DNA from: a virus
DNA: 64,000 nt
Virus record (IMG/VR): IMGVR_UViG_3300046028_007828
Span: 12,533 to 76,532 of that record
Reading direction: 5' to 3' (one strand)
The notes beneath the pieces were generated by a model, which saw only the letters and a program-made list of their open reading frames with translations, did no database searches and was not told the DNA's origin. Positions 20,501 to 30,026 of the stretch are shown in pieces; within the stretch, counting starts at the first letter, position 1, and each line of letters starts with the position of its first letter. A program made the position numbers and the translations under genes.

Positions 20501-20909
20501 TGGCACTTTTCTTGGCGGAGATCCAATTTCAAAGATGGAACGCCTAGCATCAATCGGAGATAAACTGCAACCGGTTGCAAATTCTATTAAAGATATAGGA
20601 ATCGCCGTCGGTTCGTTCTCGTCCGTGAATTCTTTCTCGGATGCAATTGTAAAACTGGCAGATTCTATTGGAAAATTGAATGACCAACTGAAATCCGTAA
20701 ATACCGAAAATTTAAATAAACTTTCTGCGATATCGAGCGCGACTGGTGCAACAACAACAAAGGAAACAAAACAGACTGGTGCAGTTACATTTGACACATC
20801 CGCACTTGAGGCCAAATTTGATACATTAATTGGCATGATGGTGGATGGTAAAATTGTGGCATCGGTAGACCTAGACAAGCTATCGAGTAGAAGTGCAAGA
20901 AGGTCGTAA
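17547..20909 (+). CDS. Tape measure protein
   Basis: 1120 aa; coiled-coil N-half, Gly/Ala-rich hydrophobic repeats; follows the hub chaperone genes. Confidence 0.85.
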   Translation: MAKDLIDPKDLESAIAKLSLRGNKEMLEMESIAKNIAKQFERINKNLNSGIGSMKEMRNFSKEILKDTKARTLLLNEMEQRTDSAESNLIAAKLKRIQLQSNEIGGEKILSQLEQDIYTHKLNQLAVENKMSEITKNQQDRVALSEDSYFAEKKKLALAEKLKDVQEKITRASSAGEDYWGQTGRLMVQQVSMLREIAQTDSEIAEINEGISRNSRESNSLTAGLLQLNEDNIKLAIEGENIARRQLEYQKDMSKQIKLSSGYIAHLKDSSKDILAIFGGISGKMQTFVSSLKTVPKRFLLINLLIEEGLRRFVLLDQTAESFRRETGYTADQMANVRKNVESLNVEFADMGVTIEAAYKSAKALTDVFGRTSLVTKEAMQNIALMKANLNVSEEDSASVLATFQGLGGVSQTVAMNIMKVGASFSGKIGVPFQLVMHDIANVSEETLALLGANPNVLMKSAISARMFGTDLNKLAATQKRLLDYSSSITDEMEAGALLGRDISFQKARQYAYEGNIAKSTEAILETVKSIGDFNALDVYQRQSLAKASGMELKDLSKMMAIESQREKIRFSGTKEEREKLADQEKALKTLEAQNDLSNAGLLIEGERAIRQQQMQGLLTRMTDMLQAVLVSIGDILEPIITPIVSILLPVLRGVAWIIKGIAFAFKVLVFPINLAVDAIKSFGEYFQWVGEGIESVSKIFKDTFGGAENWIKGIAGSAGLIALLFFGSSGISGMLGKLKGGIGSAFKFMSSPIKSIKSMFEKRDFIEPMQPKAAGVIPDVKPDAKVGKAAQSGARAMQFLTNIGKGIANLGKGIGNAISGLVGGISKSITLIFKGIAQGVERLATRKVFMGALAIAALGVSILPLVYALKQFTDIDWASVAKGGAALGALAISAGIMGVFVKPILLGALAIAALGVALIPFGVAAMSAGKGVQYFARGIKSAIGPIEKLKNVNLISTAVGIGALGVAFTAFGYGSAAAGLGSFVGTFLGGDPISKMERLASIGDKLQPVANSIKDIGIAVGSFSSVNSFSDAIVKLADSIGKLNDQLKSVNTENLNKLSAISSATGATTTKETKQTGAVTFDTSALEAKFDTLIGMMVDGKIVASVDLDKLSSRSARRS

Positions 20910-20927
20910 CGGTAATATTTATAGTAT

Positions 20928-23021
20928 ATGTTAACAGATTTTACGCCACCAAACAATTTGAGCCCGATTGTCAGAAGTACTTCTGATAAACGACTTGCTG
21001 CGTTTTCGGCAAAATCCAACGAAATATATAATAAGTACTCTCCGTATGATGGGTCCAGCAACGGAATAGGATTCAGTCAGCCGTTTGTATATACAAAACT
21101 TACCGATTCAAATACAATAAAGAATCTTACAAAGTATGACAGTCAAGCATTTCCAATTGGTTCTACCGTTCGAGATTTGCAACGAGTTGGAAAGTTTGCG
21201 GCGAGTGGAAATGGAATTTTATATATTGGCACTCAGTATTTGTTGCAAAATACAAATGCATTCAATGAAACTCGGATATATAATCCAATCAGCCTAATTA
21301 AAGCAACAGCCAAACCGGGCTCGTTGGGGTTGATAGATTATCCAATACGCCATCTTGAGACGAGCGGTGGAATATTGAATTTTTTCTTAGACTCATTGAA
21401 GAGTACAATTGGTATGGAGACCAGCGGAGGAAAACAGGCGACGATTGACGGAACTGCAACTGGAAAGAATGGCGTGCTTCCTTATTCCAAATACGCAGGA
21501 GAATTGGGAGGCGCGAAATATGGAATGATAAGATTTGATACTGGGGCCAATGCCAGCAGTAAATTTTCTAGTTTGTGGGTGTCCGGTGCATCCAAGGGTG
21601 GCGGCGGGGGATTCTTGGAAAATATGGGCAAAGCACTTATTGGTAGATTGACCCGATTGATTCCAAGTACAAATCCATACCGATTTGGAAGTGATACATT
21701 AAAATGGGAGTATAGACCAGAATATCCAACTGGTCAGGCCGGCGCATACTACGCATTTCTTGACGACAAGTCGGGATTCTTGACCACTCCCCATCGTGCC
21801 AGTGCTATATTCTACAATGATAAAATTTCGGGGGCTGGTACCGCAAAAACCACCGGAGTCGACACCGTAAAAAATTTCCATCGTTATTATCCCGGAAGGA
21901 AAGACCCGGAAGATACATCGATGATATATGCATCGACTCCAAAAATAACAAACGACGCAGTTGGAGATACAACGTCGGAGATAACTGGCAACGTTGTTAC
22001 TATACAAATAAATAATTTAAAAAAGTTGCACGAGAATATGGAGAAGACCATAGATTCGTATAAAAATGAAGCCCCGCAATTTAGGAAATCGGCGGAAAGA
22101 TATACCGAAGTGAAAGATGCCAACGGTGTATCATATCCAACTTATATGCAAATTCCGGGCAAAGGAAGTTCCCGAGGTACATACACGGATATGTTCGGGG
22201 CGAGTGCTACAATTGAAGAGGCAAACTGGTTTGCAAAATCCAGAGGATTAAAAAAAGAACCGGGCGGTTATACTCCAGAATTTTCCATATACAATACTTA
22301 TGAGGATAGTGAAGATAGGTATAATGCGCTAGGAGTATTGAGCGGTTCTCGGGAAGAAGAACCACGAGAACTAACACAGGGCAGGTTTGGAACCAATAAA
22401 GCCAAGTCTAGGGATATTATATTCTTCTATTTTTATGATTTAATAAATCAAATTTATATTCCATTCAGAGCAACTGTGTCGAGTGTAAACGAACAAAATT
22501 CTGCGGAATGGGAAGACATTAATTACATGGGTCGCGCTGACAAATTGTACCTATATAAAGGGTTCTCTCGCGAAACGGCGTTTTCTTTTACGGTATACGC
22601 CAACAGCTTACAAGAACTTGTTCCTATGTGGAAAAGAATTAATTACTTGGTCGGACTGACTAGGCCGAGCAAATATACCGAACCTGCAATAAACACGGGA
22701 GATTTGAGTGAAAATACAACTGGCAATGAAGGTAGATTCATTTATCCTCCGATGGTAACATTGCGGCTTGGTGATATGTATTACGACCAACCGTGTGTGA
22801 TATTTTCGGTTAGCATAAACATACCCGACGACGCAAATTGGGAAACATATCGCGGGGAAGATTATTCATACAGTGCAAGCCCAACCAAAAGAATAACTAT
22901 AAAAGGCGAAGCATCGAGACAACTTCCAATGAAAGTCGACATCTCAGTTTCCATGAAACTTCTAGAAAAGCAAAAATCGTTGGTCACCAACGAACATTTC
23001 GGGTTTAATTCTCCACTATAA
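20928..23021 (+). CDS. Baseplate/tail-tube initiator-like structural protein
   Basis: C-terminal YIPFRA...AEW..INYMGRADKLYLYKGFSR...PPMVTLRLGD; synteny. Confidence 0.65.
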   Translation: MLTDFTPPNNLSPIVRSTSDKRLAAFSAKSNEIYNKYSPYDGSSNGIGFSQPFVYTKLTDSNTIKNLTKYDSQAFPIGSTVRDLQRVGKFAASGNGILYIGTQYLLQNTNAFNETRIYNPISLIKATAKPGSLGLIDYPIRHLETSGGILNFFLDSLKSTIGMETSGGKQATIDGTATGKNGVLPYSKYAGELGGAKYGMIRFDTGANASSKFSSLWVSGASKGGGGGFLENMGKALIGRLTRLIPSTNPYRFGSDTLKWEYRPEYPTGQAGAYYAFLDDKSGFLTTPHRASAIFYNDKISGAGTAKTTGVDTVKNFHRYYPGRKDPEDTSMIYASTPKITNDAVGDTTSEITGNVVTIQINNLKKLHENMEKTIDSYKNEAPQFRKSAERYTEVKDANGVSYPTYMQIPGKGSSRGTYTDMFGASATIEEANWFAKSRGLKKEPGGYTPEFSIYNTYEDSEDRYNALGVLSGSREEEPRELTQGRFGTNKAKSRDIIFFYFYDLINQIYIPFRATVSSVNEQNSAEWEDINYMGRADKLYLYKGFSRETAFSFTVYANSLQELVPMWKRINYLVGLTRPSKYTEPAINTGDLSENTTGNEGRFIYPPMVTLRLGDMYYDQPCVIFSVSINIPDDANWETYRGEDYSYSASPTKRITIKGEASRQLPMKVDISVSMKLLEKQKSLVTNEHFGFNSPL

Positions 23022-23023
23022 AA

Positions 23024-23326
23024 ATGAATAGATATAATCCAAATGGTAGAAATGTATTTGCTCGCTATGATGGTAAGAGGGTATATAGTACAACGAGATA
23101 TCCAAAAATTCCAATTGGAGCCAATGACATATACATTTACGCAACCGACACAGATTTCTTGGACAGCCTCGCGTTTAAATTTTACAACGATGTTACACTT
23201 TGGTGGGTAATTGCACAGGCCAATGGTATAAAAGCTACACTAAAGGCTCCAACCGGAGAGCAAATAAGAATACCAAAAAATATAGACTTAATTGTTAGCA
23301 ATTTCAAGCGCGAAAATGGAATATAA
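23024..23326 (+). CDS. LysM/gp53-like baseplate wedge protein
   Basis: DFLDSLAFKFYNDVTLWWVIAQAN...GEQIRIP. Confidence 0.8.
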   Translation: MNRYNPNGRNVFARYDGKRVYSTTRYPKIPIGANDIYIYATDTDFLDSLAFKFYNDVTLWWVIAQANGIKATLKAPTGEQIRIPKNIDLIVSNFKRENGI

Positions 23327-23340
23327 TTGTTATAAAAATT

Positions 23341-25767
23341 ATGGCCGACACTAAAATATTTCCATGGGGGCTGCACCCATTAGACGAATGGATTAAAACT
23401 GAACTGAATAACAGAGCGGGTGAATATGATTTCAATCCAAACTTAACCGACGGTAAGCCATACAGTGGACCAAGAACTGCGTGGACTAGAGTATTTTCCA
23501 ATGGAATAAGTGGCGCGGCACCGAATCTAGAGGGATTTGTAATGGGCGGAACAAATGGATTCGACGCTAGCTATGGATTTAAAAACCGCCGCATAACTAT
23601 AGGCGTGGACGCGGTTGGCAATCCACACGAAATTTTGGCGGTCGGCGGGGTAGGAGAATATACTGGCAATGATTTTCCGCATAGACCACCCCCAAGTATA
23701 GTTTCGGTAGAGACCGAGTTTTCCGGCGGAACAAACAGTAGTTTCAATGCGCTGTGTAGAACAACTAAAATAACATGGAAATGTTACTCGTTAGAGCAAT
23801 TGGAGTATTTGACTCCGTACTTTCTGACCCCGAACATAACTTTATTGGTCGAATGGGGATGGAATAATTATAGTAATGAATCTTTGGTAGATTTGCAAGA
23901 TATTGATTGGTTGTATAAAATATATAGTGGAGACCCTGACTACACTTATAAATGGATTAAACAATCCAAGGGAAATTACGATTTGGCTATGGGGCTTATA
24001 AATGACTATGGATATACTCTTGACGCAGCCGGTGGATATAATTGTTTCACCAGCATAACAAATGCAAACCGATTCATCAGTGGACAATCATACCACGGAA
24101 AAAATTCGGCGGCGACCAACCCTACCAATAGCAGCGGCTCCATAAAGTTGAAAGACTTTGTGGAATTTGTGTATGAAGACATAGATAATTTGGGCATAAA
24201 GAATAAGAAGACCGCCGTGCCCGAATTTTCTGTTGTTAATATGGGCGGGATTGGTGGAGTAACCACGGCCAGACAAATTCGCGACGTTTCCAATGATATC
24301 AAAGTATCTACCCGTGGAAGAATATTTAAAAGCGGAGACGCCGGATGGTTTGATTCCGCCAACGCCGATTCTAAAGTGTGGTTTAGAATGGATTTAATCG
24401 TTGATATAATAAATCGGTTTTTTGAAATACAATTTCTTGACCCAGACGATAAGGATACCAATGTCAAGGGAAACTCTCTCGATATTTCCGGAGTGGTAAT
24501 GTGTGCACACCCGGCATTAAAATCCACCAGTAAAAACATATTGATACCAAACCAAATTGCGCCAAGATTTGTTACCGAGGAATCCGCCAGAAAGATCGCG
24601 ATTTCCCCGATTAATATGGGAGGAATTGGTGGCGTGGGGACAATTCGAGAAGTACAGGGACCGAGAGACGCGGCAACACTGAGGAGTATACAGTCTATCG
24701 GGGGAACTGGCACACAAGGAGGGAAGCCAGAAGGCGCTTACTATACGCTGTTTCCAACAATAAAGGCTTTCATAGAGGAGAATAAATTCGATGACACTTA
24801 TGATAATTTACATGAGATAATTAATCCGGAGGGTAGGTCATTTCCGGTATATTCCGATTATGTCCCAAATATCGGACCGGGCAAAGTTGACGCTGGATAT
24901 TGGGGGTATTTGGAAGATATTTATGTATCCGTCGAATTATTTAAATCGCTCGTCTCGAAGAATGACAATGTTCGAACTCTCATAGAAGATTTGTTGCAGC
25001 ACATTTCAAATTCGGTGTGCGATATATCACAATTGAAATTAATCCCACATACCGTAGATAATACTAAGTACTCCGTAATCGATGTAAATTTTACTTCTAT
25101 AACTACGAAAGAATTGGCGGAGACTTTACAAAGAATTTCAGTTGGCGCAGTAAGTTCAGCATATATGAAATCCGCAAATTTGGAAATAAAAATGGCTCCT
25201 GAAATGTCAAATCAAATGATAATGCAGAGCAGCAGCGGCAAAAAAACTCTACCCACCGGATATGGTACTGCCAACTATGACCCAAAGAATATAGTGTATA
25301 GTAAATTATCACGCGGCGATAGAATGTTCGACCGAGCAGTATACACCAAAATCACTCCGGCAAACAGCGAACAAAATAACCCAAATTCAACACAATCAAA
25401 ATATAAGAGACTATTGGCAGATAATAGCAATTTTTATACTTACACGACGGGCAAGGGAGATGCTGTTAAGCAATATATACTGTGCGAATTAGATTCAACA
25501 TTCATGAAATCCATACTGTTGGATATTAAAAACAAAAAATCCATATATACCAACAACAGTCCTATGCCGGGGACTACGTTTAAAATGGAACTACTGGGAA
25601 TTGGTGGAGTGCGGTATCTGGCCCAATTCACGTTGGACCACGTGCCAAGTTCATATGGATATGACCGGGCAGTATGGCAAGTTTCCAATGTATCCCAAAG
25701 AATAGAAAACAAGATATGGATTACGGAAATTTCGGCACAAGCCAGACCGTTGACAATTTTTAAATAA
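23341..25767 (+). CDS. Large baseplate hub-like structural protein
   Basis: ITWKCYSLEQLE...LVEWGW; C-terminal MELLGIGG...WITEI; synteny. Confidence 0.6.
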   Translation: MADTKIFPWGLHPLDEWIKTELNNRAGEYDFNPNLTDGKPYSGPRTAWTRVFSNGISGAAPNLEGFVMGGTNGFDASYGFKNRRITIGVDAVGNPHEILAVGGVGEYTGNDFPHRPPPSIVSVETEFSGGTNSSFNALCRTTKITWKCYSLEQLEYLTPYFLTPNITLLVEWGWNNYSNESLVDLQDIDWLYKIYSGDPDYTYKWIKQSKGNYDLAMGLINDYGYTLDAAGGYNCFTSITNANRFISGQSYHGKNSAATNPTNSSGSIKLKDFVEFVYEDIDNLGIKNKKTAVPEFSVVNMGGIGGVTTARQIRDVSNDIKVSTRGRIFKSGDAGWFDSANADSKVWFRMDLIVDIINRFFEIQFLDPDDKDTNVKGNSLDISGVVMCAHPALKSTSKNILIPNQIAPRFVTEESARKIAISPINMGGIGGVGTIREVQGPRDAATLRSIQSIGGTGTQGGKPEGAYYTLFPTIKAFIEENKFDDTYDNLHEIINPEGRSFPVYSDYVPNIGPGKVDAGYWGYLEDIYVSVELFKSLVSKNDNVRTLIEDLLQHISNSVCDISQLKLIPHTVDNTKYSVIDVNFTSITTKELAETLQRISVGAVSSAYMKSANLEIKMAPEMSNQMIMQSSSGKKTLPTGYGTANYDPKNIVYSKLSRGDRMFDRAVYTKITPANSEQNNPNSTQSKYKRLLADNSNFYTYTTGKGDAVKQYILCELDSTFMKSILLDIKNKKSIYTNNSPMPGTTFKMELLGIGGVRYLAQFTLDHVPSSYGYDRAVWQVSNVSQRIENKIWITEISAQARPLTIFK

Positions 25768-26156
25768 TGAAATACAATGATGCTATAGCTGCGGAATATG
25801 GAGGAAGCTCCGGGAAATTGACTGGCATATCCCCCTCGACAAATAAACCACATCCAAAGGATAGTGATTATAATAATGGATATTTCACGCGGGTTTTTAT
25901 AAAAAAAGTTAACGAGAATATATTGATGGAAATTCGCCCCGAAGACGCAAAAAGCATCAATACAATATTGTACAAAATTGTGTATTTGAATTGGAGAATT
26001 ACGGGAATTAAAGATACGATCAGGTCTAGCTCCATGGTTAATATTATAGGAGTATCGCAACAAAATTTATTCGAGATTGACCGAATAAAAAAAGAACAAG
26101 AACTTGACTTGTCTAGGTTATTGCAGAATCCGTTGGAATATTGGCGCGGATACTAA
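25767..26156 (+). CDS. Hypothetical conserved phage protein
   Basis: DYNNGYFTRVFIKK...WRITG...NPLEYW. Confidence 0.65.
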   Translation: MKYNDAIAAEYGGSSGKLTGISPSTNKPHPKDSDYNNGYFTRVFIKKVNENILMEIRPEDAKSINTILYKIVYLNWRITGIKDTIRSSSMVNIIGVSQQNLFEIDRIKKEQELDLSRLLQNPLEYWRGY

Positions 26157-26161
26157 TTTGG

Positions 26162-26189
26162 TTGACAGATCGAGTCTATTGGTTAGTGT
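26162..26189 (+). promoter_or_regulatory. Promoter for PolA-like gene
   Basis: TTGACA-16nt-TAGTGT, 7 nt before GTG start. Confidence 0.6.
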
Positions 26190-26196
26190 TGGTTAA

Positions 26197-27564
26197 GTGA
26201 CTATTGTAGAAAGTACATTTGATTTATCCTTGCTAACAGCCAACATAAGTACCGACCAATTGGTATTGGACGTAGTGTGTGTAGATGGGCAGAAGCATTA
26301 TCTGAATAATCGTGCAAGTTTGTTGTTTTTCTATTTTCTGTCATCGGACACGGAGTGGTGTGTTCCAATAGAGCACAACGAGTCTTCTCCTTTGCCGGGG
26401 ATATTCGATATCATTCGCCGAGCACTTTCCACATCAATCCAAAGGAAATATACGTTCGACAAAAAAAGCGTAACGCAACTGTTTGGAGAAGATTGCGGTC
26501 TACTAGATATACGACTATTGAGATATCTTAGCACCGGGACCGAAGATGATGACGATGCTACGACTAATTCTCACCGTTTCATAAATTCAATATTTCGGAA
26601 TTTACCTGATACAAATAAGTGTATTCCGTTATTCAAACACGCACGTCTTTTTTCTGACAAAGTTAAACGAGCCCTTCCATTGAATATTTCTATGGTAGAC
26701 GAACCGGGACTCATGTTCGTCAATAATAAAATGACCAACTGTTTTGCTAGGTTGGAGTCCAATGGATTGTATGTTACCGACGATTTCGTGGACGAATTTG
26801 GAAACGAGCAAGAAAAACATATAAAAAATGGAATAATATATTCTCAATATAATTTGTTGACATCGACCGGAAGACCAAGCAACCGGTTTGGTGGAATCAA
26901 TTATGCGGCACTAAATAAATCCGATAACAGCCGAGAATGTTTCGTATCCAGATATGGAAATGAGGGCACATTAATAATGATGGATTATAGCGCATTCCAT
27001 CCAAGATTGATTGCGCACCTTGTCAATTTCCCGATGGATGTTTCGGTGAATCCCTACGAATACTTGGCGAGGTATTATTTCAACAAAGAGGAAATCAACG
27101 AAGAAGATATTGCAGTAGCCAAAGGATTTACATTCACCCAGATATATGGTGGACTAAGTGAAAAATTTCTGCACATCCCGCTATTTGCAAAAATTCAAGA
27201 ATATATAAACCACCGCTGGAAATTTTTCGAGGAGAATGGGTATATAGAAACCCCAAAGTACCGACGCGAGATTAGGGCGTGCCATATTGAAGACGCAACT
27301 CCCAATAAGTTATTCAACTATATATTACAAGCATTCGAGACGGAAATGGCAGTAGATGTTCTGGGAGAATTATTGGATAATTTAGAATCAAAAAAGACCA
27401 AGGCGATATTATATACATACGACAGCATTTTGTTCGATGTCCACAAGGAAGATAAAATAGACACAATACGTAAAATTAAGAATATTATGGAACAAGAAAA
27501 ATTTCCGGTTAAGGTCTATGTTGGAAAATCTTACAAGGATATGCAGCATATCAAAATTTCTTGA
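26197..27564 (+). CDS. Divergent family A DNA polymerase
   Basis: TSTGRPS, MDYSAFHPR (A), AKGFTFTQIYG (B), NYILQ, YTYDSILFD (C). Confidence 0.82.
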   Translation: MTIVESTFDLSLLTANISTDQLVLDVVCVDGQKHYLNNRASLLFFYFLSSDTEWCVPIEHNESSPLPGIFDIIRRALSTSIQRKYTFDKKSVTQLFGEDCGLLDIRLLRYLSTGTEDDDDATTNSHRFINSIFRNLPDTNKCIPLFKHARLFSDKVKRALPLNISMVDEPGLMFVNNKMTNCFARLESNGLYVTDDFVDEFGNEQEKHIKNGIIYSQYNLLTSTGRPSNRFGGINYAALNKSDNSRECFVSRYGNEGTLIMMDYSAFHPRLIAHLVNFPMDVSVNPYEYLARYYFNKEEINEEDIAVAKGFTFTQIYGGLSEKFLHIPLFAKIQEYINHRWKFFEENGYIETPKYRREIRACHIEDATPNKLFNYILQAFETEMAVDVLGELLDNLESKKTKAILYTYDSILFDVHKEDKIDTIRKIKNIMEQEKFPVKVYVGKSYKDMQHIKIS

Positions 27565-27575
27565 TATTTAATAAT

Positions 27576-28559
27576 ATGGTAAATGACATAATCTCGGAGG
27601 TCGGAAACAACTTTAAGAAAATTGACATTGAAGTTATACCGAGGTTAATTGAAATATTGAAGAAAAATCCAAGCTTTGCTGAATTGTATAATAGTTGCGA
27701 ATCGGTGGAAGCGGCGGTCGCGGAATACAACAACGCAAAATATTCCGAGATTATTGATTATATAAATTCACTTTCGAGGAAAAAGAATTTGCATTTCGGT
27801 GAAATACCGTTTGTATTTTTGCTCCGAGGTTGCATTTCCGGGGGAAGTAATATAGGAGATTTAATTTTACCCGGAAACAAAACTGTCGATGTAAAGGCTC
27901 TGGATGATGGGTCAAATATAAAATTAGAGAACGCGTCAATCCACGGATACAAAAATTTGATGTTCACAAAGGCGCTGCGTGCTCTCACTCACATTTTAGA
28001 GAAAAACGAAAATGCCAGAAATTACCTAAAGAGTGTTATAACGGACGACCACAAATTTGAGGGAAGACCCGCAAGTCAGGATGAAAAAGATTATGTTTGT
28101 GATTTTATAGATAATTTAAACGAGGAAGAAATGGGAACAACCGTATTCTCTGGGCTAGAACTTGTAGGAAAACGACTAAATCAAGTCGAGGTTGATGCTC
28201 CAATAAATTACGCAAAACTGCACATAGATGGTAAGGTTATCATAGCTAAGATAGAAAACGGTCCGGAAGTTCTACGAGAAATGGAAAGCAATAAACCGAG
28301 GAAAGTGACTTTAAGTCGAGTGACGGACACACTTGAACATATAACTATTCCAACCCTGAAACAGATTTCATATTTCACCAAGGCGATATCTTGTACAACG
28401 ATTACTGCCGAGTTATTGCCCATGATTCATTATACCGAAGGTATTGTGGTAGTAAACAAGCTCGGAAAAGACGCTTTTTATGTAAAAAAAGAGGAGTTTT
28501 TTAATTATTTTGTGTTCAATCGTCTGTCAAAAGGTATAAAACTCAAAGTGTTTATATAA
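27576..28559 (+). CDS. Hypothetical, possible PD-(D/E)xK nuclease
   Basis: GE...GDLILPGNKTVDVKA. Confidence 0.5.
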   Translation: MVNDIISEVGNNFKKIDIEVIPRLIEILKKNPSFAELYNSCESVEAAVAEYNNAKYSEIIDYINSLSRKKNLHFGEIPFVFLLRGCISGGSNIGDLILPGNKTVDVKALDDGSNIKLENASIHGYKNLMFTKALRALTHILEKNENARNYLKSVITDDHKFEGRPASQDEKDYVCDFIDNLNEEEMGTTVFSGLELVGKRLNQVEVDAPINYAKLHIDGKVIIAKIENGPEVLREMESNKPRKVTLSRVTDTLEHITIPTLKQISYFTKAISCTTITAELLPMIHYTEGIVVVNKLGKDAFYVKKEEFFNYFVFNRLSKGIKLKVFI

Positions 28560-28573
28560 TTATAGAGAAACCC

Positions 28574-29431
28574 GTGAATACTTTTATAGACAATATTATA
28601 ACCGAGGCAGGAATAGACGATAGAATTAACTCCGGCATATTAGACATATACGACCCAGTCCACATTGTGGTATTGATGGAATGTATGATTGACAGAGGAA
28701 TGGATGAATTAACTGTCATGGAGGGCGTTGAAGCGATGATGCTAAAAAACGAGGGAAAGTTTCCGGAACGCCAAGCATTTAACAAAGAAGGCTGGTTGGT
28801 AACATTTCCGTCGATTGAATATAAAAAGGCAGCAATTCAGAAAGGAACTCATTTTGAGTCGGACCCAACTCACGGACAGGGCGGAATGAATCTTTATTAT
28901 AAGAAACGAGGCAAACAAAAGCGCACCAACCAACAAGGACCAAGCGCAACAGAGCCAACCGCCCCGCAAGGCGGAGCCACCCCACCAACAACCCCAGTAA
29001 AAGAACCGGCAGCAGAAAAACAACCGGCAAATATAGGGTCCGCTCCATCTGATAAACCAGCGGTCGTGAAACCGGAACAAAAACCAGCGAGTTCTGGGGC
29101 AAATTCGGGAGTTTCTGATACAATCCCACCGGATGTAACCAAAAACGCTCCCACAGGCAACGGCGGGGCATCTGGTGGGGCATCTGGCGCGACTCCGGGC
29201 GCAACTTCCGCCGTTGGTGCCGGGACAATCCCAACACCTTCCGCCCCAGATTATGTTGCACTGTCGGCCAAATTCGCCCAACAAAAAGGTTGGACCTCTG
29301 TTCCGTACGGAGAATGGAGAAATCCTATGGGAGAAGCTTCGGCGGTCGTCGGAATGACCGGTGAAATTGTTCCAATAAAGAACGTGGACCGGGAAGAATT
29401 TAAAATATTTGCTCAAAAGAATGGTGCATAA
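28574..29431 (+). CDS. Hypothetical protein with Pro/Ala/Gly-rich linker
   Basis: 285-aa ORF with a low-complexity centre. Confidence 0.65.
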   Translation: MNTFIDNIITEAGIDDRINSGILDIYDPVHIVVLMECMIDRGMDELTVMEGVEAMMLKNEGKFPERQAFNKEGWLVTFPSIEYKKAAIQKGTHFESDPTHGQGGMNLYYKKRGKQKRTNQQGPSATEPTAPQGGATPPTTPVKEPAAEKQPANIGSAPSDKPAVVKPEQKPASSGANSGVSDTIPPDVTKNAPTGNGGASGGASGATPGATSAVGAGTIPTPSAPDYVALSAKFAQQKGWTSVPYGEWRNPMGEASAVVGMTGEIVPIKNVDREEFKIFAQKNGA

Positions 29432-29826
29432 TGCGTGAATATGACACACAGTTGTTGTGTACGTTTGCTACATATCAAACATATTTGCAGGAGGTTCGTG
29501 CGTTAGTTCAATATTACGATATACCCGAAAATGCCGTGTATGTATTACAGAGCACATTAGATTTTAATGACATATTTTTAACGTTCAATGCAAAACGTGG
29601 AAAAATTGAGTTTTATCCAAGGACGATGTCAGTGCACCGTAAAAAAGAATATAACGTAATATATTCTATCAATGCACTCAACGAATTGATTAGATCAGAG
29701 ACCGGCGGAATGTCTGGTCGAGAATATCAAGTAGACTGGGAACAATACAGAAACTCTTTCATATCCACAAGCGGAGGAAAATTCCGCGTCACCCCCACAA
29801 AATTGTTAACAATATCTCGACTATAA
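29431..29826 (+). CDS. Hypothetical conserved phage protein
   Basis: QLLCTF...VHRKKEYNVIYSINALN...VDWEQYRN. Confidence 0.7.
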   Translation: MREYDTQLLCTFATYQTYLQEVRALVQYYDIPENAVYVLQSTLDFNDIFLTFNAKRGKIEFYPRTMSVHRKKEYNVIYSINALNELIRSETGGMSGREYQVDWEQYRNSFISTSGGKFRVTPTKLLTISRL

Positions 29827-30026
29827 ACGAGATTTTTTGTTCGATTTTTTGGCGTCTAGATACTTATTAATAACCGAGAAATGCAGTACGGTTGATTAAT
29901 AAAAAGATTAATCTTATTATAGATTGACGAATTGCAATTCTTGGTTCATATTACCGGATATTAACTATTTGGTAACTGAAACTAACTAGCTAAATTAAAC
30001 ATTAAACATTAATAAATAAAAATACT

